Source: Patescibacteria group bacterium
Lineage (GTDB): Bacteria > Patescibacteriota > Minisyncoccia > Ryanbacterales > GWA2-47-10b
Assembly: GCA_038065475.1 (NCBI GenBank)
Contig: JBBTQY010000001.1
Coordinates: forward strand, 26,145 to 90,144
Direction: 5' to 3'
Length of the DNA stretch: 64,000 nucleotides
The notes under the pieces were generated by a model that saw nothing but the letters and a program-made list of their open reading frames with translations, did not search any database and had not been told where the DNA came from. Of this stretch, positions 1 through 8,154 are shown piece by piece. Both the position numbers and the translations under genes were made by a program. Numbering within the stretch: the stretch's first letter is position 1; every line of letters begins with the position of its first letter.

Positions 1-116
1 ACGCCATACTTGAGGAACCGCGCATTACTGCCCAACATAGTGTTATTGTAAACCTCGACAATCTCTTCTCCATACCAGATTTTCGTATCAACGAGCGCAT
101 ACTTCTTATACTCCAT
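1..116 (-). CDS. hypothetical protein, N-terminal fragment (gene continues beyond window start)
   Basis: Reverse-strand ATG at 114-116 opens a frame (MEYKKYALVDTKIWYGEEIVEVYNNTMLGSNARFLKYGV...) that runs off the window edge. No recognisable family. Confidence 0.3.
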   Translation of the reverse strand, partial: MEYKKYALVDTKIWYGEEIVEVYNNTMLGSNARFLKYG

Positions 117-242
117 CGATTTGCAGAAAAAGCATCGGAATCATTTGTATGGATCCAAACTCGCTTTCCGACACACCAACTTTTCTCGCATTTTATACGC
201 CAAGATACAAAAGGTTTTCTCCAGCAAGAATGCAGTGAACGC

Positions 243-524
243 ATGCGCGCCGGCCTCCCCCCTGCAATTTTGTTTATCAAGGCTACATTGCATGAGAAAA
301 ATCGAGAGCAGCGGGAACAGAAAATAAAAATATTTGAAGAGCTTATAACACCCTTCGCAGAATACGTGTCGAGTTATCCTGCCTTCAACGACACATCAAC
401 ACACAACCTTCTCATCAGCATAAATGAACAGGTCTGGATGGCGAACGCTGAAGATCTCAAGGGCATTTTAGCTACTCACAACGGAGAGTGGGACGTTGCA
501 GTAGATCCAGAAAATATCCTATAG
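243..524 (+). CDS. hypothetical small acidic protein (start uncertain)
   Basis: 93-aa ORF ending 7 nt before def. No recognisable motifs. Confidence 0.3.
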   Translation: MRAGLPPAILFIKATLHEKNREQREQKIKIFEELITPFAEYVSSYPAFNDTSTHNLLISINEQVWMANAEDLKGILATHNGEWDVAVDPENIL

Positions 525-531
525 TAGTCCC

Positions 532-1074
532 ATGGCTTCCGATATCGTAACACTTCCTGCGCCCGTCCTGCGCAAAAAAGCTCCTTTGGTGACAAGGGAG
601 GAATTTGGTTCGAAAGAACTTACTCATATCATCCGTAATATGTCGAGTGCCCTTCGCAAAACGCCAGATGGTATCGGTATTGCGGCGCCACAAATAGGCA
701 TCTCGAAACAAATTTTTCTCGCCTCTGAAGAAGCACTTGCTATTGATGAGGGCTGGGAGCCAAAAGATGCGGCGGATGAACGCGCAAAGAAAAAAACTTG
801 GCAATATATTATTTTCATTAACCCCACGGTTATGAAGGTCTCATCAAAAAAAATACCAGGCAGCGAAGGATGTCTAAGCGTACCAAAAACCTATGGTATC
901 GTACCACGTGCGGAAAAAATCCGCGTGCGCGCCTATGACGAGCACGGCAAGGTGTTTGAACGTGGCGCCTCAAAATTGTTTGCGCGACTCTTGCAGCACG
1001 AGATCGATCATCTTGGTGGTACACTCTTTATCGATCACGCAACCAAAATCACAAAGATAGCGGACAAAAAATGA
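532..1074 (+). CDS. def: peptide deformylase
   Basis: Motifs GIGIAAPQIG, EGCLSVP and HEIDHLGG (the three PDF signature motifs). Followed directly by fmt. Confidence 0.9.
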   Translation: MASDIVTLPAPVLRKKAPLVTREEFGSKELTHIIRNMSSALRKTPDGIGIAAPQIGISKQIFLASEEALAIDEGWEPKDAADERAKKKTWQYIIFINPTVMKVSSKKIPGSEGCLSVPKTYGIVPRAEKIRVRAYDEHGKVFERGASKLFARLLQHEIDHLGGTLFIDHATKITKIADKK

Positions 1075-1997
1075 AAAAGATCTCGATCGTATTTTTTGGT
1101 AACAGCGCATTTTCGGTAACGATACTCAATGCCCTCGTGCAAGCAAACTTTGATATACGAGCAGTCATCACAAGCCCCGATGAACCGAAAGGGCGCGGCG
1201 GCAAACCAACCCCCCCGCCAACCGCGCTCTATGCAAAAGAGCACGGATTGCCACTCTTGCAATCAACGCAACTAGATAAAAATGCCGTGCCGTCATGCGA
1301 TCTTGGCGTGATCGCATCATACGGTCACATCATACCCGATAGTATTTTGAGCGTACCCTCACACGGTACACTCAATGTGCATCCGTCACTTTTACCGCAC
1401 TATCGCGGGCCTACTCCAATTCAGACGGCGCTCGCAAATGGCGACACTTCTACCGGCACAACTATCATGCTTACTGATAAAGAGATGGATCATGGCCCAA
1501 TCATTGCTCAAGAATCTATCACTATAGACAGTAACGACAGCGCAATAACTCTTGAAGAAAAACTCGCGCGCACAAGCGCTAATCTTTTGGTAGACACGAT
1601 TCCTGCGTGGATTGAAGGTCGCATCCAGGCGCGACCGCAGGATCACGCAAATGCTACTTTTACCAAAATGCTTACAAAAGAGTCAGGTCATATCTGCTGG
1701 GATATGCCAGCGCGCGATATTATCAACAGTATTCGCGCATATAAAGCATGGCCTACGAGCTGGAATATACTCGACAAAAAAAATTTTAAAATCATCAATG
1801 CATCTATTTCAGATATACCTCGTGCCGCTAGCACGGTGCCGGGGACACTCATCACACACGATGGCAAACTCTATGCTGCAGCAAACGATTTTCTTGTACA
1901 TCTAGAAACAATACAGCCATCGGGTGGTAAACCGATGGCTGGTAAAGCTTTTTTTGCAGGACTGCGAGTAGACATCAGCACACTCAAACTCCTTTAG
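1071..1997 (+). CDS. fmt: methionyl-tRNA formyltransferase
   Basis: N-terminal FFG formyltransferase fold with HPSLLPHYRGPTPIQ (SLLP motif). 4-bp overlap with def in the classical def-fmt arrangement. Confidence 0.9.
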   Translation: MKKISIVFFGNSAFSVTILNALVQANFDIRAVITSPDEPKGRGGKPTPPPTALYAKEHGLPLLQSTQLDKNAVPSCDLGVIASYGHIIPDSILSVPSHGTLNVHPSLLPHYRGPTPIQTALANGDTSTGTTIMLTDKEMDHGPIIAQESITIDSNDSAITLEEKLARTSANLLVDTIPAWIEGRIQARPQDHANATFTKMLTKESGHICWDMPARDIINSIRAYKAWPTSWNILDKKNFKIINASISDIPRAASTVPGTLITHDGKLYAAANDFLVHLETIQPSGGKPMAGKAFFAGLRVDISTLKLL

Positions 1998-2004
1998 CTT
2001 TTCT

Positions 2005-3009
2005 CTACTTGAAAAGCACCCGCGCATCTTCCCAGAGTTCTGGCTCACCGCGTTCTTTGAGAGCATACCAAAACTCAACGCCCCAAAGATAAAACATATC
2101 GAAACCGGTGCGCGACGCGTACGCAGCCATTTCTGATAAATCGTCATCGCCAAAAGATTTCTCTCGCTCCGCGCGGGAAAAATTTTGTACTGCACCGGGC
2201 CCCCATGGCTCCGCTTGCAGCTCGATGACAACACTCTGACGCTTGTCGGTAAAAAGCGTGGCGAGAGCGTACTTGAGACGAAAAAATGAAGGCGGTAATG
2301 GATAGGTTACATACCCAAAGCGCTCCGTGTACACCGTACGATACATGGTTGTACCAAAAATATCTGCGCGCGACATAGCGGGCACCCACAATGACAATTC
2401 ACCTGAGTCAGTAATCACAATGGGACGCGAAGGGTCGAGTGAACGCACAAGCGCTATTTCCTGATCTAAAAATTCCTGATGAAATGGCGGGCAGATGCCA
2501 AATGGCAAAAATGGCTCATTCTCAACCTGCCATGCGACAATGGTATCCATGCCGCGATATCGCTCAACAACCATTTGTAGATAATTCAAAATAAGTTTGT
2601 CTTTTTCTGCATCAGTCATGTCGTGCGCCCATGCTGCTTCGTGACATTCTGGCCAACGTGGCACTTTGCGTCCAATCGCAACGATAACCTTTGCCCCTAC
2701 GTCGTCAGCGCGGCTCAACATATAATCGTAATCATCAAAATACCACTCGCCTTGTCGATGTTCGACCTCCGGCCAATAGACAGGAATACGCAAATGTCGC
2801 ACACCCAAATCTTGTAATATCGCCTCATACACCTCCGCCCACGCGATACCGAAGGATCGAGCATAGATATGTGAAAACGTTACCCCCCACACTTGTGGTT
2901 CACGTATGGGCGCGCGCACCACCAGCACATAACATCCGAGCAAAACTACTATCAATCCCCCCATAATGGCGCGAAGCACTTTGTGGCGTTTTCTGGCGTA
3001 ATACATCAT
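2005..3009 (-). CDS. membrane-anchored glycoside hydrolase, clan GH-A (GH5-like) TIM barrel
   Basis: N-terminal TM helix. WQVENEPF motif, typical of the NEP catalytic acid/base of clan GH-A hydrolases. Family assignment not resolved. Confidence 0.55.
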   Translation of the reverse strand: MMYYARKRHKVLRAIMGGLIVVLLGCYVLVVRAPIREPQVWGVTFSHIYARSFGIAWAEVYEAILQDLGVRHLRIPVYWPEVEHRQGEWYFDDYDYMLSRADDVGAKVIVAIGRKVPRWPECHEAAWAHDMTDAEKDKLILNYLQMVVERYRGMDTIVAWQVENEPFLPFGICPPFHQEFLDQEIALVRSLDPSRPIVITDSGELSLWVPAMSRADIFGTTMYRTVYTERFGYVTYPLPPSFFRLKYALATLFTDKRQSVVIELQAEPWGPGAVQNFSRAEREKSFGDDDLSEMAAYASRTGFDMFYLWGVEFWYALKERGEPELWEDARVLFK

Positions 3010-3896
3010 GCAAAAAATAAAAGATATGACGCAAGTCCCAATGCAGCGATACCGCCCATCTTTGCCATCAGTGCGCCGCGCGAAAAATCTTCAGCCTCGT
3101 ACTCAGGCAATACGCGCGAAAGGATACCAGCAAGTAAAAATGCAAACAGATATTCAAAGCTACCAAGCGCATGTACGAGGGAAACCGACGCGTGGGCAAG
3201 TGCAAGGTTAATAAGAAACAATGCTACCGCGCCGACAATTTTATTTATACCAAACAGCGCTACACCACGAGGAGCTGGGGTCTTTGTGGTACGAATAATA
3301 CGCCGCGCGCTGGGAATAAGAAAAAGCAACAAAGCAAAAAGTATAAGACCAAGGCGCGTCCATACGAGACCGTTGATAAATGATGTGTGATTAAATACAA
3401 GCCGTGCAAAAACAAAATGTGTACTCAAACCCAGAGCGGCCGCGAAAGTCAGACCTCCTAAAAGTGCGCTAAAGAGCGCCTGCCCCCTACCCTCCCACGC
3501 AAGCAACACACCGCCAACAATCAAAAGAGCGAAAACGCCCGCATTCCATGCGCCCACCTGTTCACCTAAAATTTCTGCCGAAAGTGCGATAGTAGTAAAG
3601 GGCGCAATACCCACAAAGAGCGGCACTACGCGTGAAACTTCAAACCTGCGCAATGCACTATAAAAACAAAAAAGTGAGGCACCAAACGCAAGACCTGATA
3701 CGAGTGCGTAGCCTGCAATTTGAGGCGACAATATCGAAAAATCATAAAATGCAAATATTACAACAAAGCTGCTCAAAACGCCCGTCCAAAAAGTATATAC
3801 TCGCGGATCGGGAATGGTGCCCGTCAAAAGCCCTTTATCGATAATCTTTGAAAGCGCTGCACAAAAATATCCTACAAGAGCTATGGCTGGCCACAT
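3006..3896 (-). CDS. EamA/DMT-family transporter
   Basis: Ten predicted TM helices arranged as two EamA-like halves (…SALRRFEVSRVVPLF…). 4-bp overlap with the downstream glycoside hydrolase. Confidence 0.65.
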   Translation of the reverse strand: MWPAIALVGYFCAALSKIIDKGLLTGTIPDPRVYTFWTGVLSSFVVIFAFYDFSILSPQIAGYALVSGLAFGASLFCFYSALRRFEVSRVVPLFVGIAPFTTIALSAEILGEQVGAWNAGVFALLIVGGVLLAWEGRGQALFSALLGGLTFAAALGLSTHFVFARLVFNHTSFINGLVWTRLGLILFALLLFLIPSARRIIRTTKTPAPRGVALFGINKIVGAVALFLINLALAHASVSLVHALGSFEYLFAFLLAGILSRVLPEYEAEDFSRGALMAKMGGIAALGLASYLLFFA

Positions 3897-3898
3897 AG

Positions 3899-4183
3899 TT
3901 ATTGATTTCCTAGTAGTATCTGAACTTCTACTAACCCCTCGCCGATGGCATGAAGCTCGATAGCGCGAAGATCTTCCTCAATGGCACCCGGATCCAGAGA
4001 ATCGCCTGAGGTGAGTATGCGCTCAATAGCTGGATCGCCAAGAGGGGCTGCCGGCAACTCTGCCGCCTGCGTATGCTCGGTCACGCGAACGATATCACGC
4101 ATCCAAAGCGTACTAAAAGTCACAAGCGCTGACATCAGCACAATAGCCGCCAGAGGTAAATGTGCCTTGAGATGCGGTATCAT
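3899..4183 (-). CDS. hypothetical small membrane-anchored protein
   Basis: 94 aa with an N-terminal hydrophobic helix. Tightly packed with neighbouring genes. Confidence 0.4.
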   Translation of the reverse strand: MIPHLKAHLPLAAIVLMSALVTFSTLWMRDIVRVTEHTQAAELPAAPLGDPAIERILTSGDSLDPGAIEEDLRAIELHAIGEGLVEVQILLGNQ

Positions 4184-4695
4184 TGGGTCTCTTTGAGCTT
4201 GAGTACAATGCCGATAAGCGTTGTGTGTGCTGCGCGCATCGGGGTGGCGACTTCTTTTTCGAAACGCATAATAATTCTACTGGCACGCGTACGCAACGTG
4301 GTGCGTATATCGGCGACTAAAATTTTTTCAAACTCAATTTTTATACTATCGAGAGCGTCTTGGGCTTCAGCAATACGCGTACGGCTGTAGGCAAGCTTGG
4401 TGCGCAATTGTTCAGAGTCTTCCGTAAGTTCTCGCGCACTCAATGCTCGCTCAATGCGACCTGCCTCATGTTCCAAACGAATGAGAGAGGCTAGCGTTTT
4501 ATTGTACGTAGAAAGAAAATGCTCTTTGAGTCGTGCACGTGTATCTACAGAAAGCATATATTCCGGTGCAGGGTTTTGAAAATCAAGAAATTTAAGTTCG
4601 CCTCGTAAAAACATCTCGCGAGGCCCTGCGAAGATAGCAAGCGGCAACGCAAGAGAAGATATAATAATGCCAACTACGAAAAAAGGCCGCATCAT
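4180..4695 (-). CDS. hypothetical exported coiled-coil protein
   Basis: Signal-peptide-like N-terminus followed by helical, charged sequence. 4-bp overlap with 3899..4183. Confidence 0.45.
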   Translation of the reverse strand: MMRPFFVVGIIISSLALPLAIFAGPREMFLRGELKFLDFQNPAPEYMLSVDTRARLKEHFLSTYNKTLASLIRLEHEAGRIERALSARELTEDSEQLRTKLAYSRTRIAEAQDALDSIKIEFEKILVADIRTTLRTRASRIIMRFEKEVATPMRAAHTTLIGIVLKLKETQ

Positions 4696-4770
4696 AAGCC
4701 TATTTTACGGCTCATCGCCTCCACAGGCTATGCATATCTTATCCACATGATATCCAGAGATATCGTATTT

Positions 4771-5202
4771 CTACTTTTCGCGGACAATCAACTTTCCTAC
4801 TTGGTCGTAATGACCTCGCGGCTTACCATCAATCACTCCGTCGCCGCAGGCAACCGAGCAATAAAACTGAAACTCCCCCGCTTGCGAGGCGATAAATTGT
4901 ATCGTTGTCGTGCTCTTTGGAAAAATACGTTCATTGACTGCAAATTCATCGAGACCGATACCGTGATCGTACGCATCTTCATTGTAAATATGCAAAATTA
5001 CTTTTGCGCCTTTAGTTGTTTCAAACATATTCGGCTCAAAAAGCCAGCTGCCCTCAACCGATCGCATGTTTCGCTCGAGCACCGTTACGCCATCCCAAGC
5101 GACAGCACCTATATTGGCAGGTCGAAAATATTTTTGATAGACAACGCCACCTCCAATCAAAACCGCAGCAAATAGAAGAAAAACAATATATTTGTTACCC
5201 AT
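4771..5202 (-). CDS. cupredoxin-like domain protein, membrane anchored (putative copper-binding)
   Basis: N-terminal TM. C-terminal FQFYCSVACGDG…HYDQVGKLIV matches the Cupredoxin_1-type pattern FxCxxxCGxxHxxMxGxLxV. Divergent from copA. Confidence 0.6.
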   Translation of the reverse strand: MGNKYIVFLLFAAVLIGGGVVYQKYFRPANIGAVAWDGVTVLERNMRSVEGSWLFEPNMFETTKGAKVILHIYNEDAYDHGIGLDEFAVNERIFPKSTTTIQFIASQAGEFQFYCSVACGDGVIDGKPRGHYDQVGKLIVREK

Positions 5203-5279
5203 AGGTATGCACAGGGAGCTTTATATTCCCGTGATAAGATAGAGTTAATACTATTACTATAGCATAATTCTTCTTTTTT

Positions 5280-7664
5280 ATGGCAACCATTCGTCAAAGT
5301 TATCGCGTACAGGGCATGCACTGCGCAAACTGCCAAGTACTCATCAACAAAATTCTCTCTGCGCAAAAGGGTGTCTCGAAGGCAAATGCAAATTATAGCT
5401 CCGAGCGCTTGATCGTCGAATATGATCCGGCGACCATCACCCTCGACGCTATGCAAGGTATTCTCAAAAAAGTGGGCTACGGACTTATCGTACCCAAAGA
5501 AGGGGCCTTGGAAGAAGAAGAAGTAGAAAAACATCGCCTCGCAGAGATAAAACACCTGCGCAACCGCACTATTATCTCGTTTTTGCTTGCCACGCCGATC
5601 ATCCTCTACTATATGGCGGTGCACATGTTTAACCTTCAGCACGGCCACGCGCTTTGCGCGGGGGGTGATGCCATCATCAAGGTAATCGATGGCGCATGCA
5701 CCAACGGCACCTTCATTGATCTCAACTGGATTTATCTGATCATGACTACGCCTATTCAGTTTTTTGTGGCATGGCCCTTCTATCGCAACGCCTATACAGC
5801 ATTGAGGGTGGGCTCAACCAATATGGATGTACTTGTAGTACTTGGTACTACAACCGCCTATCTCCTCTCTGCATTTGGATTTTTCTTCTCAATTTCATTC
5901 AAAGCTGGCTACCAAGACGTTTGGCAAGGTTTGAGTCATCCCTATTGGGAATCGTCAGCGGCACTCATATCATTTCTTATTTTGGGACGCTATTTTGAAG
6001 CGCGCGCCAAGGGGCAGGCATCGAGTGCCATTCGAAAACTTCTCAAGCTTGCACCCCAAGATGCCATTATCATTCGTGATGGCAAGGAAGTAACCGTAAA
6101 AATTGGTGATATCCAGATTGGTGATATATTCCTCGTAAAACCGGGCGAAAAAGTTGCTACTGACGGCATTGTAGTTGAGGGTGAGACTGCAATTGATGAA
6201 AAAATCATTACTGGTGAATCAATACCGGTTAACAAAAAAGCTGGCGATCAGGTTATCGGGGCAACGGTAAACAGCTATGGACTCCTCAAGTGTCGCGCAT
6301 CCAAAGTGGGCAAAGACACCCTACTCCATCAAATCGTAAAGATGGTAGAAGAAGCTCAATCAGCACGCGCGCCCATTCAAGATTTTACTGATCGTGTTTC
6401 CGAATATTTTGTACCAGCCATTGTGGTCATCGCCCTCCTTTCGTTTTTCTATTGGTATTACATCGCGGGCAAAATCATTGCGGTCGCACTCTTGGCCGCC
6501 GTCTCTGTCCTTGTAATCTCATGCCCTTGCGCTATGGGGCTCGCAACACCAACCGCCATCATGGTAGGTACGGGCCGTGGTGCCGAGTTTGGCGTACTGC
6601 TTAAGGGTGGCGAGGCACTCGAAAAAACTCGCTCACTCAACGCTATAGCCTTTGATAAAACGGGAACGCTCACAAAAGGTGAGCCTTCAGTCACCGACAT
6701 AGTACCTTTAGGTGAACTCTCGCGCGACGAGGTTTTGAAAATTGCTGCTACCGCTGAACGCGGATCTGAGCATCCGCTTGCACAAGCAGTAGTAAAAGCG
6801 GCAAAAGATTTAAATCCCCCAGAACCCAAAGAGTTTAAAAACGTTTCAGGCAAAGGAGTTTCCGCCCTTTATGAAGGCAAAACAGTTTTGGTTGGCAACG
6901 ACGAGCTCATGAAATCAATGAATATTGATTATATTGCAGGCGAGAAAGACCTTGACCGCCTACAGGGCGAAGCCAAGACCGCAGTTTTTATCGCCTATGA
7001 TGGCAAATTGATCGGCGTACTTGCGATGGCTGATACCCTCAAAGAATATGCAAAAGAGACTATTGCTGAGCTTAAAAAGCGCGGGCTTGAGATTATCATG
7101 ATCACGGGTGACAATCAAAAAACCGCAGACGCGATAGCAAAACTTGTTGGTATTGATCGCGTCATGGCGAAAGTTCTACCCGAGAAAAAAGAAGAAGTCA
7201 TCAAAGAGCTTCAAAAGCAGGGCAAGCGTGTGGCTATGGTCGGCGACGGGGTAAACGACTCCCCTGCCCTCGCGCAAGCTGAGGTCGGCATCGCTGTGGG
7301 ATCAGGTACTGATGTCGCCATCGAGACCGGCAGCATTGTACTCATCAAAGACGATTTGCGTGACATTGTGACGGCTCTCGATCTCTCACGTAAAACTATC
7401 CGCAAGATTTGGCAAAATCTTTTCTGGGCCTTTATTTATAATATTGTGGGTATTCCCCTTGCCGCAGGGCTTCTTTACTACATCGGGCAAAATTATCCTG
7501 CATTTGTTGCGGGTCTTCCGTGGGGCAAAAGTGCGTTTAACGCATTTCTCAAGCCTGAATACGCCGGTTTTGCCATGGCATTTAGTTCGGTATCAGTAGT
7601 AGGAAACTCGCTCCTTCTCAAATATTTCCGCGAACCCAAGATTGCGAGAGAAAAAGCAGCGTAG
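5280..7664 (+). CDS. copA: copper-translocating P1B-type ATPase
   Basis: N-terminal HMA domain (GMHCANCQ), CPC motif in TM6 (SCPCAMGLATP), DKTGTLT phosphorylation site and GDGVNDSPAL hinge. Confidence 0.9.
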   Translation: MATIRQSYRVQGMHCANCQVLINKILSAQKGVSKANANYSSERLIVEYDPATITLDAMQGILKKVGYGLIVPKEGALEEEEVEKHRLAEIKHLRNRTIISFLLATPIILYYMAVHMFNLQHGHALCAGGDAIIKVIDGACTNGTFIDLNWIYLIMTTPIQFFVAWPFYRNAYTALRVGSTNMDVLVVLGTTTAYLLSAFGFFFSISFKAGYQDVWQGLSHPYWESSAALISFLILGRYFEARAKGQASSAIRKLLKLAPQDAIIIRDGKEVTVKIGDIQIGDIFLVKPGEKVATDGIVVEGETAIDEKIITGESIPVNKKAGDQVIGATVNSYGLLKCRASKVGKDTLLHQIVKMVEEAQSARAPIQDFTDRVSEYFVPAIVVIALLSFFYWYYIAGKIIAVALLAAVSVLVISCPCAMGLATPTAIMVGTGRGAEFGVLLKGGEALEKTRSLNAIAFDKTGTLTKGEPSVTDIVPLGELSRDEVLKIAATAERGSEHPLAQAVVKAAKDLNPPEPKEFKNVSGKGVSALYEGKTVLVGNDELMKSMNIDYIAGEKDLDRLQGEAKTAVFIAYDGKLIGVLAMADTLKEYAKETIAELKKRGLEIIMITGDNQKTADAIAKLVGIDRVMAKVLPEKKEEVIKELQKQGKRVAMVGDGVNDSPALAQAEVGIAVGSGTDVAIETGSIVLIKDDLRDIVTALDLSRKTIRKIWQNLFWAFIYNIVGIPLAAGLLYYIGQNYPAFVAGLPWGKSAFNAFLKPEYAGFAMAFSSVSVVGNSLLLKYFREPKIAREKAA

Positions 7665-7678
7665 TATCATAACCTTAT

Positions 7679-7897
7679 ATGGCAATTGTAAAAAAACAAT
7701 TTGATGTAGGTGGCATGCACTGCGGCTCGTGTGCGGCAGGCATCCAGATGGTGCTCTCAACCCAAGACGGCATTAAAAACGCCTCAGTCAGCTGGGACAC
7801 CAAATCGGGCGAGGTTGAGTTTGATGACTCAAAAGTAACCGTAGAACAAATCCAAAAATCAGTCTCCGAGCTCGGATACTCAGCTACACCAAAGTAA
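7679..7897 (+). CDS. copZ: heavy-metal-associated copper chaperone
   Basis: 72 aa with GMHCGSC metal-binding motif and ferredoxin-like HMA fold. Lies 14 nt after copA. Confidence 0.85.
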   Translation: MAIVKKQFDVGGMHCGSCAAGIQMVLSTQDGIKNASVSWDTKSGEVEFDDSKVTVEQIQKSVSELGYSATPK

Positions 7898-7911
7898 TAA
7901 TACTCTGAGAA

Positions 7912-7948
7912 CAAAAAAAGCGTGACCCCATGTCACGCTTTTTTGTTT
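7912..7948 (+). terminator. rho-independent terminator after copZ
   Basis: Hairpin aagcgtgac-CCCA-tgtcacgctt followed by a TTTTGTTT run. Confidence 0.6.
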
Positions 7949-7966
7949 AGCCCAGCAGCACCGCGT

Positions 7967-8143
7967 TTACAAAAACGCGATGAGCAGCCAGCTGAGCGCT
8001 GCCGATATCACAAGTGCTATGAGTCCCGTGATGAGTGCGCGCGATGCGGAAATTTTTTCTTTTTTATAGAAGATGCCCGCAACTGTCGGGCCAGCGATAA
8101 AAAGTACCAGTGACGCGATCCAAACGACTGAGAGAAAATCCAT
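7967..8143 (-). CDS. putative 58-aa two-helix membrane peptide (below ORF-track cutoff)
   Basis: Translated by hand from the reverse strand: MDFLSVVWIASLVLFIAGPTVAGIFYKKEKISASRALITGLIALVISAALSWLLIAFL. Two hydrophobic helices. Starts 11 nt downstream of the stop of 8155..10083. Confidence 0.3.
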   Translation of the reverse strand: MDFLSVVWIASLVLFIAGPTVAGIFYKKEKISASRALITGLIALVISAALSWLLIAFL

Positions 8144-8154
8144 AATAAGCAGAT

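Noticed and set aside
121-327. 68-aa ORF at the window start
   Set aside because: It overlaps the 243..524 frame, has no signals, and its composition is not protein-like.
5203-5279. Possible copper-responsive operator (CsoR/CopY/CueR type) in the copA divergent promoter
   Set aside because: I see only imperfect inverted repeats (GGGAG…TTCCC). There is no convincing TACAnnTGTA box or MerR-type 19-bp spacer promoter, so the evidence is insufficient.
7922-8113. 63-aa plus-strand ORF after copZ
   Set aside because: It starts inside the copZ terminator hairpin, has no SD, and has odd Cys/Arg composition. The opposite strand carries a more plausible two-TM mini-ORF.
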